Source: a candidate division WOR-3 bacterium (GTDB lineage Bacteria; Hydrothermota; Tepidihabitantia; Tepidihabitantales; Tepidihabitantaceae). From it: 64,000 nucleotides of DNA. Position 1 is the stretch's first letter, and each line of letters begins with the position of its first letter. Shown here piece after piece: positions 10,501 to 19,290 of the stretch. The notes under the pieces were generated by a model. The model ran no database searches. It had not been told where the DNA came from and saw only the letters and a list, made by a program, of their open reading frames with translations. Location: positions 1 to 64,000 of the forward strand of contig CBFGIT010000009.1 in assembly GCA_965648905.1 (NCBI GenBank), given 5' to 3'. Both the position numbers and the translations under genes were made by a program.

Positions 10501-11142
10501 ATCGTCTACTGCCACAAGGCAAAGTACCACGAGCTGCACGCCTTTGAGCCCGTGCTTGAGGTCTGGTCGCCTCGTCCGCTGAGTGGCATGCCGTTTGTCG
10601 GCGGTTCAGGTCGGAGCAAGAAGTCAAAGGACGGCGGCAGCGGGGCCTGGTTCAACGGCCACGTCTATGCCCTGAAGGGCGGGAACACAGATGAGTTCTG
10701 GCGCTATCACCCTGAGCAGGACTCATGGTACGAGGCCGAGCCGATGCCGGTTTGGGGCAGCTCAGGTAAGAACAAGAAGGTCAAGGCCGGAGCCGACATG
10801 GTCAGCACCCGTGACTATCTCTATGCACTCAAAGGCAATAAGACACTTGAGTTCTGGCGCTACGCGCCGGTCCAAATGCCAACGTCAGCCACGCGGCCGC
10901 GGGCAGTCCGGACATCGGGCGCGGAGACACCCTGCCAAGGCGACAGGATGGCCACCAGTTCGTCTTTCCGTCATTCCGTCGCGGTCTTCGACCCTGCCGG
11001 CCGGGTGCTGTACCAAGCTGCGGGAAACAGCGTGGCTGATATTGCCCGACGTCTGCCTTCCGGAGTGTACTTCGTCCGACAACAGCCAACTGCTGATAAT
11101 GGCGACCGGACCGGCGTCATCAAACTCGTGCTGCTGCGTTGA
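7588..11142 (+). CDS. Secreted M28 family peptidase with CARDB-like Ig domains, Kelch propeller and CTD
   Basis: Signal peptide; GGHLDS, GADDNASG, AEEQGLYGS, LNADMI, SDH, YHT; three Ig-like repeats (DVG..IV.P..V.N.G..ND); KGNKT Kelch repeats; FDPAGR..LPSGVYFV CTD. Confidence 0.9.
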   Translation: MTTVLTLLLALAPPAPSMSLVRIPLSNAALTALRTTDATPVVLLNDAVIIEATRPALDALARQGIVYRVLLDEEVYSQARANDICYLVIPPPGEKSEADRDLLERHGRILAEDECSFLFLTDSFFLRSPASARYELAAVEFTPLVLPGELGLEPQPRLPLLARHFVVDTILGRITMTEVMRLMRQFTGEETTTVRGLVDTITSRWTIGRKNSSAVWWLYEKCQNLGLDSVRMDSFTFRYPSNGPYYTDSNVIATRLGRVYPTRYWIIGGHLDSRGDSSVQQPDFPAPGADDNASGAIAALIAAKYMQPFPFRYTVRYIGWNAEEQGLYGSNRHATRARARSDTIMGVLNADMIATDTAGYDSIVIYRGTRPGAIAMADTFIACNRVYGTGLNIRSSSQMVANSDHYSYHAQNYDAVLVIEDGLTPYYHTRNDRVTAPTFDSVYFVKAIRALVATIATLAEPDTMVYDIALNRIVAPLGDVDSGESVMPVAEVENLGPTSAAFTVTMRIGSSYIQTRGKVLAPGQSDTVGFPVWTALLRGRLPVVCTVAMTGDVRPENNRVTDSVNALVRDVGCARIVRPAATVDSGTSVVPACTVRNYGNTTESYSVRMKVGSTYDQAVAVNGHAPGTAVYVTFPTWDIRVPRGRYAVSCTTELTTDMVRTNDGQSDTVTVEIGDAAVVAIVTPVETILPGQVVPQAILHNYGTRRLPVSATFTIVGATPPYQTTVLLPSLPPGDDTTVSFSPWNARPGTYVARCSVQQTGDVVPANDTISTTFAVKSLVIAGWVEKRSLPLLPSSKHVKDGAWLVSHGNYVYAAKGNKTSDFYRYDIENDTWTMLASIPDGREGRKPGKGAVGAAGGSHLYAVKGNNTQGFWRYSPSQDSWQQMADIPLGRTGKKVKGGTDIVYVSNLGQHPDRLYLLKGGKNEFWRYDIDRDSWRETSEAPIGANGRVKYDKGSWLTYAPAGTVPAEFGIVYCHKAKYHELHAFEPVLEVWSPRPLSGMPFVGGSGRSKKSKDGGSGAWFNGHVYALKGGNTDEFWRYHPEQDSWYEAEPMPVWGSSGKNKKVKAGADMVSTRDYLYALKGNKTLEFWRYAPVQMPTSATRPRAVRTSGAETPCQGDRMATSSSFRHSVAVFDPAGRVLYQAAGNSVADIARRLPSGVYFVRQQPTADNGDRTGVIKLVLLR

Positions 11143-11157
11143 ACAGAGGACCAACTA

Positions 11158-11979
11158 ATGAGACATGCACTGTTAGTGTTCGCGACTGTCCTTACCGCGA
11201 CCGCGTTCGCCGCGGATGTAGACACGGTAATCAGCTATGACGATGGCATCCACCGGACCTGGTGGTGTTCCGACCGCGATTCGTTCGGAGCCGCAGTCAG
11301 GTTCACCCCGAGCGAGTATCCGTGTGAAGTCATCGGCGCCCGGGCCGAGGTCGGCTACGACGAAGGGTGTACCATTTACCTGCGCGTCTACGACGACGAC
11401 AGCACTGGCGGCCTGCCCAATACGATTCTCTACAACCAGTTGCGTACCGACATCCCGCGCGGCCAGAATCTCGGATTCCGCGACTATGACCTGACGGTGC
11501 CGGTGGTGATAGACTCCGGCGACTTCTACCTGTGCTTTTTCCAGAAGCACTGGTTCCACCTGCTCTTCGGCACCGACACGCACTTCGACTATCCGGCCCG
11601 GCAGTGGTGGTACTTTCCCGACTGGGGCTGGGTCACGCCCATGGGCATGGATGCAGCCGACCACCTGCTCCGCGCCAAAGTCCGCTACGGCACCGGAGTC
11701 GAGGAAGTGCTGGGCGAGCCAACTATGCAGCGCATTACGGTCAGCCCGAACCCGGTACGCGACCGGACTGTTGTTCGCATCAACTCCTCATATCTCACTC
11801 CTGCCCCCTCGGTACTGACTGTCTTCAACTCTTCTGGCCGTCAGGTTCTACAATCTACATTCTGCAGTCAGCAATCTGAACTCGTCCTCAGCCTACGCTC
11901 TCTGGCTGCCGGCGTGTATCAGGTCCGGGTCCTTCAGGCGGGACGGGTAGTGACTCAGCCGTTCACCGTAGTCAGGTGA
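11158..11979 (+). CDS. Secreted protein with T9SS-type CTD
   Basis: Signal peptide; C-terminus GVEE..VSPNPV..VFNSSGR..SLAAGVYQV. Confidence 0.85.
   Translation: MRHALLVFATVLTATAFAADVDTVISYDDGIHRTWWCSDRDSFGAAVRFTPSEYPCEVIGARAEVGYDEGCTIYLRVYDDDSTGGLPNTILYNQLRTDIPRGQNLGFRDYDLTVPVVIDSGDFYLCFFQKHWFHLLFGTDTHFDYPARQWWYFPDWGWVTPMGMDAADHLLRAKVRYGTGVEEVLGEPTMQRITVSPNPVRDRTVVRINSSYLTPAPSVLTVFNSSGRQVLQSTFCSQQSELVLSLRSLAAGVYQVRVLQAGRVVTQPFTVVR
11846..11880 (+). repeat. Five degenerate heptamers inside CTD coding sequence
   Basis: TTCTACA ATCTACA TTCTGCA GTCAGCA ATCTGAA. Confidence 0.65.
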
Positions 11980-13583
11980 GCACCGGCTCGGCGTGTCATC
12001 ACCACTATAAGCAGAGTCAGCACCAGGTTCAGCCCGAAGAAGTGCCAGAGCCAGGTCGGCAGGCCCAGGAGCAGCGGGCCGGTACGGCCCCAGTTCCAGA
12101 AGTCGTTCGCGGCGAGAAACAGCAGCCCGAACAACGCGGTCCAGCGCCAGGCGCGGGCCGGCATCCAGGCCAGCGGCTCAAGGTTTCGAGTCGGAGCGAC
12201 GAGGCTGCCGACGACCAGGACAAGCGTCGCAACCAGAACAACCGGAATCACCGGCAGCAGGCCAAAGGTTGGCAGAAGCCTGAAATGATACAGCACGACC
12301 AGGACCTCGCCAGCAAGGATTGAGGCAAAGGCGGCCCAGGGGTTAGTCCGACGCCAGTAGACCATTGCCAGGGTCGTGGGAAAGAGCACAGCCAGACCGG
12401 TGAAAGTCTGGGTTGCAATCACTCGGATGGTCGCCCAGGGCCGGAGCGCCAGCCCAAGACCGGCGCACGCAAGGACGATGATAACCACGCGGTTCCAGGG
12501 AAACCGGCTCTCTGCTTCCCGGTTGCAGAGCTGGCGCACGTCCCGCACAAGCATTGAGCTCAGAGTCAGCAACTGCGAGTCCATTGTTGACATGAGCGCC
12601 GCCATCGCGCCGGCAATCGCCACCGCGCCAGCCCAGCCGGGTAGCAGCCTGCCAACCGCCAGCGGCAGGATTCCATCGGCTGCCTTTCCGACCAGCCCGG
12701 GTTCAACCAGCCGACCCATCACGCCGACCGCAACCGGGATGAAGAAAAGCACCCCGGTGACAACCGGATAGAGCGTTGCGGTCGTTGCCAGCGCCCGTTC
12801 ATCACGCGCGGCAAGGAAGCGCTGGAACAACTGCGGGAACATCGGGTCACAGAACAACCAGAGCGCAAGATATGAGAACCAGACGCCAGGCAGGAATTCG
12901 CCTCCGCCACCGGGTCGGCTGAAGAGCGCTGGGTAAGCTGCCGAAACCCGTGCATTCGCTGTCTCCAGGCCGCCCAGCGCGCGCGCCAGGCCGACCACGA
13001 CCAAGACCATTGCTCCAAGCATCACGCCGCCTTGCAGCGCATCAGTCCAGGCATCGCCCCGCATTCCGCCCAGCAGCAGATAAGCTGTGCCGACAGCAGT
13101 AACCGCGACCGCACCCCACACATACGGTATGCCGAGCAGGCCCTCGAGCGCATAGCCTGCGCCCATCGGCTGCAACGCAAGATAGGGAAGCGTGAAGATG
13201 ACCATAACCAGCAGGTAGACAAGTCTCAACGGTCGGTTGTGAAAACGGTGCCAGACTACCTCTGGTGGTGTAACCGCGCCTGACATGCGGGCTGCGCGGG
13301 CCAGTGGAATGCCCAGGAAGATGAACGACAGCGCCATGAACCCGGTTCCGAAAGCCATAATCGGATACCAGGCATATCCGACCCGGTAGCCGTCACCGGC
13401 GAAACCGAGCACAGTGAACGCCGAGAAGTTGGTCGCCGCCATGGTCAGCAAGAGCAGGACCGGCCCGAGACTGCGGCCCGCAAGGTAGAAGTCCTCGTGG
13501 CCTCGCCTTGCCCGGCGCCGCGCCAGCAGGCCAAGAACCGCAAGGACGGCAAGATAGCCGGCGATGATTACCGTTTTCAGCAA
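11955..13583 (-). CDS. Sodium:solute symporter (SSS; PanF/PutP-like) with C-terminal DUF3311-like extension
   Basis: DFYLAGRSLG, ATNFSAFT, GGMRGDAWTD, AALMSTMDSQLL; many TM helices; TTG start with AAAGGAG SD. Confidence 0.9.
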   Translation of the reverse strand: MLKTVIIAGYLAVLAVLGLLARRRARRGHEDFYLAGRSLGPVLLLLTMAATNFSAFTVLGFAGDGYRVGYAWYPIMAFGTGFMALSFIFLGIPLARAARMSGAVTPPEVVWHRFHNRPLRLVYLLVMVIFTLPYLALQPMGAGYALEGLLGIPYVWGAVAVTAVGTAYLLLGGMRGDAWTDALQGGVMLGAMVLVVVGLARALGGLETANARVSAAYPALFSRPGGGGEFLPGVWFSYLALWLFCDPMFPQLFQRFLAARDERALATTATLYPVVTGVLFFIPVAVGVMGRLVEPGLVGKAADGILPLAVGRLLPGWAGAVAIAGAMAALMSTMDSQLLTLSSMLVRDVRQLCNREAESRFPWNRVVIIVLACAGLGLALRPWATIRVIATQTFTGLAVLFPTTLAMVYWRRTNPWAAFASILAGEVLVVLYHFRLLPTFGLLPVIPVVLVATLVLVVGSLVAPTRNLEPLAWMPARAWRWTALFGLLFLAANDFWNWGRTGPLLLGLPTWLWHFFGLNLVLTLLIVVMTRRAGAHLTTVNG

Positions 13584-13729
13584 CGCTGCTCCTTTCGTGT
13601 CGTGAACAGGACCGTACCGGGCGACGCAGCGTCCTCTTGAAGACGCGAAGAGCCACCCCGGGCCGACCGGGATGGCTCACGCCTGGCATAGCCGGCAGGT
13701 AACAATAGCCGACCGTGAGCGTAAGTCAA
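13584..13729 (-). promoter_or_regulatory. Promoter plus structured 5' leader of the SSS gene (candidate cis-regulatory RNA)
   Basis: TTGACT(13724-13729)-16bp-TATTGT(13702-13707); 12-bp stem at 13650-13678 and 7-bp stem at 13629-13646 upstream of the SD. Confidence 0.5.
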
Positions 13730-13787
13730 GAGCGCAGCGGCCTTGCGGGCAGCACTGGTCAACTGCGCCGCAGGCCACGGCGCTTAC

Positions 13788-14882
13788 TTACTGACTGAGG
13801 ACCTCGATGAGTGCCTTGATGAAAAGCTTGTTCTGGGGCGGGGTGCCAACCGAGACCCGCAGGCCATTGGGCAGGCCGTACTCCTTGACCGTGCGCGTGA
13901 TGACCCCGCGGCGCTGAAGTCCTTCGAAGACCTCCTGCGAGTCCACCGCGAAGTTGACAAAGACGAAATTGGCGTAGCTCTTCAGGTAGAAGCGATTGAG
14001 CTTCTTCAGTTCGCGATAGAACAGCTCTTTGCCCGCGTCGTTCATCTGGCGGCTCCGCAGGATATGGCGTTTGTCGTCGAGGGCGGCAATTGCCGCCACC
14101 TGAGCGGCGCGCGAAGCATTGAACGGCAGGCGGACTTTTGAGAGCGTGGCGAGTATTTCCTGCCGGGCGATGCCGTAGCCGATGCGCAGCCCGGCCAGAC
14201 CATGGACCTTGGAAAACGTGTGCAGTATCAGGACATTCCGGTTCTGGTTGTAGTAGTCCAGGCTCTTCGGGTAGTCGCGGCTGGTGATGTACTCGGAGTA
14301 AGCCTCGTCGATTATCACCAGCACATGGTCCGGGACTTTCTCCATGAACTCGTTGAGCGCCTCGCGCGTGATCATCGTGCCGAGTGGGTTTATCGGATTG
14401 TCGAGATAGACAATTCTCGTGCGCGGTGTGATGTTTTCGAGAATGCGCTCGAGGTCGTGGCAGTACTCGCGAGTCGGGACCTCGACCACCCGGGCGTTCA
14501 TCACCCGCGTGCCAATCTTGGCCATGATAAACGAGTGCTCGGACATCACCAGCTCGCAGCCCGGGTCGAGATAGGCCAGGCAGGCAAGGAGGATGAGCTC
14601 GACCGAGCCATTGCCGACGATGATTGAGTCGAAATCAACTTTCCAGTACTGGGCCAGGCGCTCCTTGAGGTAGAAACAGGAGTCCTCAGGATAATAGTGC
14701 ATGTCGGGCAGGTGCTTGCGCAAGGCGGCCAGAGCCCGAGGCGAGGGGCCGAGTGGGTTCTCGTTCGAGGCGAGCTTGACGATCGGCCCTTTCAGGCCAA
14801 GCTCGCGCGCAACCTGTTCAACCGGCTTGCCCGGCTTGTAGGGCCGGATACTCTCAAGGTTCGGTCTGGGAGTGGGTAACAT
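13788..14882 (-). CDS. hisC: Histidinol-phosphate aminotransferase
   Basis: YKPGKP, KLASNENPLGPS, GNGS, NPINPLG, DEAY, TFSKVHGLAGLRIGY; ATG 14882 with AAAGGAGGA SD. Confidence 0.92.
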   Translation of the reverse strand: MLPTPRPNLESIRPYKPGKPVEQVARELGLKGPIVKLASNENPLGPSPRALAALRKHLPDMHYYPEDSCFYLKERLAQYWKVDFDSIIVGNGSVELILLACLAYLDPGCELVMSEHSFIMAKIGTRVMNARVVEVPTREYCHDLERILENITPRTRIVYLDNPINPLGTMITREALNEFMEKVPDHVLVIIDEAYSEYITSRDYPKSLDYYNQNRNVLILHTFSKVHGLAGLRIGYGIARQEILATLSKVRLPFNASRAAQVAAIAALDDKRHILRSRQMNDAGKELFYRELKKLNRFYLKSYANFVFVNFAVDSQEVFEGLQRRGVITRTVKEYGLPNGLRVSVGTPPQNKLFIKALIEVLSQ

Positions 14883-15942
14883 TGCCGTCCTCCTTTGGGA
14901 TTGGGTCGGGCTCAGCAGGCCCCGACAGGTCAAAGGTCCGTCGTCTGGTAACAGCGAACAACAGTCCGCCGGCCAGGGCAAACACGAGGTCAAGCGCCAG
15001 AAAGAGCAGGGCCGTAGCCAGGGCCAGCTCCTGGGTCAGGTGGCCGGTCAGCCATTGGGGAGTGAAGAAGAGCACGAACGCCCACTCTCTGACTCCGAGT
15101 CCGCCGATAGTGGGAATGTTGACCACGATGTTAAGCAGCGGAATGAATATCAGATAGTAAACAGCCGGCACTGTGCCGCCGATCGCCGCGGCCACGCTGT
15201 ACCACGACAGCGCAAGGGTTGCCTGTACGCCGATGCCGGATAGAAAACTTGTCACCAGGGCCAGACGATGATGTCGGAACTGCTTCACCGCGTCGTAGGC
15301 CCGGTCGAGCCGCTCACCGAGCCTGAACAACCGCACCCGGCCGAACACCCGGTTGACCAGCCGGTGGACTCGGTCGCTGAAGAAAGCCAAAGTGATGAAT
15401 ACGAGTGCAAGCAACCCGGCACAGAGCAGCAGCAGAATGCCCGGGCCGGCAAACCTGATGCCGAGCACCACGAGTTCCAGACTGCGCGACTGGGCGCTGC
15501 TGACGAACAGGCCGATTGAGACCACGACCGCCAGAAAGAGCAGACTCGTGAACCCAATCAGCCGGTCAAGCAATGTCGCAGAGAATGCATCGGCAACCCG
15601 GTCGCGCGGCGCGGTGTAAGCGATTCTCATTACGTCACCGCCAATCGACGTCGGCAGGAGCTTGCAGAAGAACAGCGAAATCGTGAAGACCCGGGCCAGA
15701 TAGAACGTATTGAACCTTAGCTGCCGGGCGGAAAGCAGCACCTGCCATCGCCAAGACGAGATGAAGATGAAGACCACGTACCAGAACGCGGCCCAGACCA
15801 GCGCCACGACCCGAGCCTGGCCAATCAAGGCGAACGACTGGCTCAGTTTGTCGCGAAACAGCCAGGCCAGCGCCCCAAGCAGAGCGGCCGACAGAAGCAC
15901 CCGACCGAGCGTCGCCGCTGTGCTCTTCAGCCGGGGAGTCAA
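14854..15942 (-). CDS. Lysylphosphatidylglycerol synthase TM / UPF0104 flippase-like membrane protein
   Basis: RWQVLL, LLPTSIGGDVMR, DRLIG, PTIGGLGVRE; TTG start overlaps upstream TGA (TTGA), GGAGGG SD. Confidence 0.85.
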   Translation of the reverse strand: MTPRLKSTAATLGRVLLSAALLGALAWLFRDKLSQSFALIGQARVVALVWAAFWYVVFIFISSWRWQVLLSARQLRFNTFYLARVFTISLFFCKLLPTSIGGDVMRIAYTAPRDRVADAFSATLLDRLIGFTSLLFLAVVVSIGLFVSSAQSRSLELVVLGIRFAGPGILLLLCAGLLALVFITLAFFSDRVHRLVNRVFGRVRLFRLGERLDRAYDAVKQFRHHRLALVTSFLSGIGVQATLALSWYSVAAAIGGTVPAVYYLIFIPLLNIVVNIPTIGGLGVREWAFVLFFTPQWLTGHLTQELALATALLFLALDLVFALAGGLLFAVTRRRTFDLSGPAEPDPIPKEDGNVTHSQTEP

Positions 15943-16901
15943 CCAACGCCCTCCGCATCCTCCTCCTGAGACGCGCCGCGGCGTGCACTGGCGTGAAGCA
16001 ACCGCTCCACGCGGTCGAGTCGGTCGTTGATTCCGGCCAGTGACTCGCCGAGGAAGCCGGCGGCAAAAAGGACCACCCCGGCCAGAATCAGCAGCACAAC
16101 AAGATAGAGCATGGGCCGGAACCCGTGCCCGAGAATCCGCAGCACGACCGCGACAATGCCGACAATGAACCCGCACCCGAGCGCGACAGCGCCAAGAAAG
16201 CCGAAATAGAGCATCGGCTTGCGCATGAACGTCAGTTGGAACGCGACCGCAACCAGGTCAAACAGACCGATGAGAATCCGGAGCTTGCCCGAGTACTTGG
16301 GCGTGCCATGAAGCCTGGGCCGCAGAGCCACCGGTACTTCGGCGACTCTGAACCCGCGTGCCGCAGCAAGCGGAACAATGTAACGATGCCAGTCCCGGCG
16401 CAGACTGACGCCGTCCAATACCTCGCGCCGGAACGTCTTCAGCGCATTGATATCATGTACCTTCAGGCCGAACATCACCCGGGCCAGCCAGTTGTACACG
16501 CCCGAGACAAACCGTTTCTCGTACTTCCCCTGCTTCCAGCCGGTCACGATGTCAAACCCTTCGTGCAACTTCCTGACCTGGGCGACAACGTCTTCGGGCA
16601 TGAATTGCATGTCCGCGTCCAACACCGATATGATGTCACCGCGGGCTGCAGCCAGACCGGTTACAATCGCCGCGGTCTTTCCCTGGTTGGTATTGTGACG
16701 AACAACCCGCACAAACGAATGCGTCCCGCGCGCTCGGACAGCAGTCTCGTAAGTCTGGTCAGTGGAGCCATCGTCAACCACGATGACCTCATACGAGCTG
16801 TCCAACCTGGCCGCCAGCTCATCCAGCAGAGGGATGATGTTGTCGGCCTCGTTGAACGCCGGGACGATTACGGACACATCGGGGCGTCTGGAGAACCCCA
16901 T
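15939..16901 (-). CDS. GT2 glycosyltransferase (polyprenol-phosphate sugar transferase, DPM1/ArnC-like)
   Basis: VSVIVPAFNEA, VDDGSTD, LDADMQ, two C-terminal TM helices; upstream TTGACA-16bp-TATATT favours ATG 16901. Confidence 0.9.
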   Translation of the reverse strand: MGFSRRPDVSVIVPAFNEADNIIPLLDELAARLDSSYEVIVVDDGSTDQTYETAVRARGTHSFVRVVRHNTNQGKTAAIVTGLAAARGDIISVLDADMQFMPEDVVAQVRKLHEGFDIVTGWKQGKYEKRFVSGVYNWLARVMFGLKVHDINALKTFRREVLDGVSLRRDWHRYIVPLAAARGFRVAEVPVALRPRLHGTPKYSGKLRILIGLFDLVAVAFQLTFMRKPMLYFGFLGAVALGCGFIVGIVAVVLRILGHGFRPMLYLVVLLILAGVVLFAAGFLGESLAGINDRLDRVERLLHASARRGASQEEDAEGVG

Positions 16902-17083
16902 AGACACCTGAATATACCGAATCCATCAGACTTGTCAAGGGGTTTCTTGGACTCGATTAAGACCGCGGCCCAGACAAGTCAGGGCCGGGCCGGGCGTTGC
17001 CCGTATTGCTAAGTGTCCTATAGTTCTCGCGTTATGCTGTTCGATGTTGACACCAACCAACTCCGGAGTACGATTTGCTCACC

Positions 17084-17845
17084 TTGGACCGCACTGCCTA
17101 CGACCGGTTCTTCGAACTGGAGCAGAAGCACTTCTGGCGTATCGCCAAACGCCGACTGGTCCTCGACTGGCTTAGCCGATACGGCCCGGCTCCAGGCGGG
17201 TTGCGGATACTCGACATTGGTGGCGCTGCCTCGCTCATCCCTAAGGAACTCGAGCGTTGGGGCACGGTCCTGGTTGTCGAAGCTGATGCTGACACTGCCC
17301 GATTCGCTCACGAGCAGCTCGGACTGGACGCGAGGCCGGGCGTTTTTCCAACCAACCTACCCTCAACCGGGCCGTTCGACATCATCACCATGTGTGACGT
17401 TCTGGAGCACATCGAAGACGACTCTGCCAGCCTGCGCGCAGCTTGTGACCTGCTCAAACCCGGCGGCCTGTTGCTCTGCACCGTGCCGGCTCTGCCGTGG
17501 CTTTGGAGCGACCATGACCGCATCCTCCGCCACTTCCGACGCTACACACGCCAGGCCCTAAGGGAGAGAATCGAAAAGGCAGGCTTCAGTATGGTCCGAG
17601 TCTCCTACTACACCAGTCTGCTGCTTCCGGTCATAGCTCTCCAGCGCAGTGCTGGCCGGATTAGAGCGGCACTCACCGGCAGACCGAAGACCAGCTATGA
17701 CGTGAAACCTCCACTAGGCGTGCTCAACCCACTCTTCGGCGCAATCATGTCTCTTGAGCGTCAACTGCTTGCGGGCATGGACTGCTGGCTTGGCTCCTCC
17801 CTCATCGCCGTGGCCCGCCGCCCTGCTCGACCGGCTTCTGGCTAG
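17084..17845 (+). CDS. Class I SAM-dependent methyltransferase
   Basis: ILDIGGA, DVLEHIEDD, LKPGGLLLCTVPA, HFRRY; TTG 17084 lies 9 nt after TTGACA-16bp-TACGAT. Confidence 0.88.
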   Translation: MDRTAYDRFFELEQKHFWRIAKRRLVLDWLSRYGPAPGGLRILDIGGAASLIPKELERWGTVLVVEADADTARFAHEQLGLDARPGVFPTNLPSTGPFDIITMCDVLEHIEDDSASLRAACDLLKPGGLLLCTVPALPWLWSDHDRILRHFRRYTRQALRERIEKAGFSMVRVSYYTSLLLPVIALQRSAGRIRAALTGRPKTSYDVKPPLGVLNPLFGAIMSLERQLLAGMDCWLGSSLIAVARRPARPASG

Positions 17846-17917
17846 CTGAGTTTCCGAGGCGCCGCGCCAGCACAGTCGGGTTCACTCTATCGCGCTGTAT
17901 CTGTGGTCTGCAACTGC

Positions 17918-18541
17918 CTACTGGCAGTCGCTGACGTCCTTGACGCATTCCAGGATAGCAAGGGAATAGGGAACGCGAAACAGGTCATGGCGAATAGAAA
18001 GCCGGACAGGCCCAAACACAGCCTCAGCCAGGGCCCGGTATTCGGGTCCGGTGCGGACGTGCCTGCCGCGGTCACGGGAAATCAGGAAGCGGGCGATACC
18101 AGGCTGTCCGGAAACAAAGACCCCATCCAGGGTAACCAGCCTGCCTTGGGGCTTCAATGCAGCCCTTCCCACCCGGAAGAGATGGACCGCCTCACGGTCA
18201 TCAAGGTGATGAACCAGCCCTTGAGCCAGGATGATGTCAAATCCGGCCAGTTGCCCGACACTGGTCTCATCGACCTTCATCCGAAGAAACGTACCTCGAG
18301 TGCCGAGCCGCTTCCGAGCCGCAGCCAGGTACGGCTCACTCATGTCAACACCAACATACTCCACTGCCGGCAGGTACCTCAATATGTCGGCCGGCCCGCA
18401 ACCGATGTCCAGCACGCGCTGTCCAGGCCGGGCACGAATGTACTCACGGACAAACGAGGAGTAGAAACGTCGGCCCCTTACCAGACCTTGGTACAGGCTG
18501 TACAGGGCCGGCGCGGCAAGCAAAGACCGCAGGTCAGCCAT
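17918..18541 (-). CDS. Class I SAM-dependent methyltransferase
   Basis: VLDIGCGPA, GVDMS, HHL, LKPQGRL; ATG 18541 just after the upstream stop. Confidence 0.88.
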   Translation of the reverse strand: MADLRSLLAAPALYSLYQGLVRGRRFYSSFVREYIRARPGQRVLDIGCGPADILRYLPAVEYVGVDMSEPYLAAARKRLGTRGTFLRMKVDETSVGQLAGFDIILAQGLVHHLDDREAVHLFRVGRAALKPQGRLVTLDGVFVSGQPGIARFLISRDRGRHVRTGPEYRALAEAVFGPVRLSIRHDLFRVPYSLAILECVKDVSDCQ

Positions 18542-18546
18542 GCCCG

Positions 18547-19290
18547 CTAGCGCCGCCGCGCGACCGCAAGCAATGAAAGACCGAAAGGAAGCCGGATATG
18601 CGGAACCAAGAAGCGTTCGAGCCCAAAAGAGCACCGCAGCACAGCATTGACCGGCGCACACGGTATCGCCACATCAGGCTCGGCCCGGTCAAGTCCCAAG
18701 AGCTTCTTCGTCATCCGCTCAACCATCGCAGGCACAAAGAGCAAGGTGTTGAAGTGGGTGAACACTTCGATCGATAGTCCGGCTGCCTTCAGCAACTGCC
18801 GGAAACGAGCACCACTGTAACGCCTCTTGTGTTCGTGGTACTCGTCCCGCCTGGTCCAGAGCCACTGGTATGCCGGTACGGTTGCGAGCAGGATACCACC
18901 CGGCTTGAGCAGACACGCCAGCGCTGATACTGCGGCCTGGTCGTCAGCAACGTGCTCAATGACATCAAGTGCGAGTACGGCGTCAAACTGCCCGGGACCA
19001 AACGGCACGGCATCAGGGAGACTTCCCTGCACCACGGTACTACCACGGTTCCGGGCAAATGTGACCGCCTCGTCCGACGCGTCCATGCCCACCGCCTGAT
19101 AGCGCTGACTCAGCTCAGCCAGGGTCGCGCCGCACCCGGTTCCGATGTCGGCAACGGTCAGCGTCCTGGCATCCTTTCCCCCCGATTCCACTAGCCTCTT
19201 CAGCACCGCGAGGACGATCTCCCGGCGTGCTACAAACCACCAGTGAGTCTTCTCAACCCGGTAGAAAACCTGATGGACGCTCTCAGAGAT
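18547..19290 (-). CDS. Class I SAM-dependent methyltransferase (start uncertain: ATC 19290 or GTG 19206)
   Basis: ADIGTGCG, DVIEH, LKPGGILLATVPA, HKRRY; the open frame upstream of GTG reads ISESVHQVFYRVEKTHWWFVARR, matching the N-terminus of the 17084 paralog. Confidence 0.8.
   Translation of the reverse strand: MSESVHQVFYRVEKTHWWFVARREIVLAVLKRLVESGGKDARTLTVADIGTGCGATLAELSQRYQAVGMDASDEAVTFARNRGSTVVQGSLPDAVPFGPGQFDAVLALDVIEHVADDQAAVSALACLLKPGGILLATVPAYQWLWTRRDEYHEHKRRYSGARFRQLLKAAGLSIEVFTHFNTLLFVPAMVERMTKKLLGLDRAEPDVAIPCAPVNAVLRCSFGLERFLVPHIRLPFGLSLLAVARRR

Noticed and set aside
13676..13702. TPP-riboswitch-like string ACCTG..TATGCCAG.CGT on the minus strand
   Set aside because: Lacks CTGAGA and P2/P3, and the spacing is wrong; kept only as an unclassified leader.
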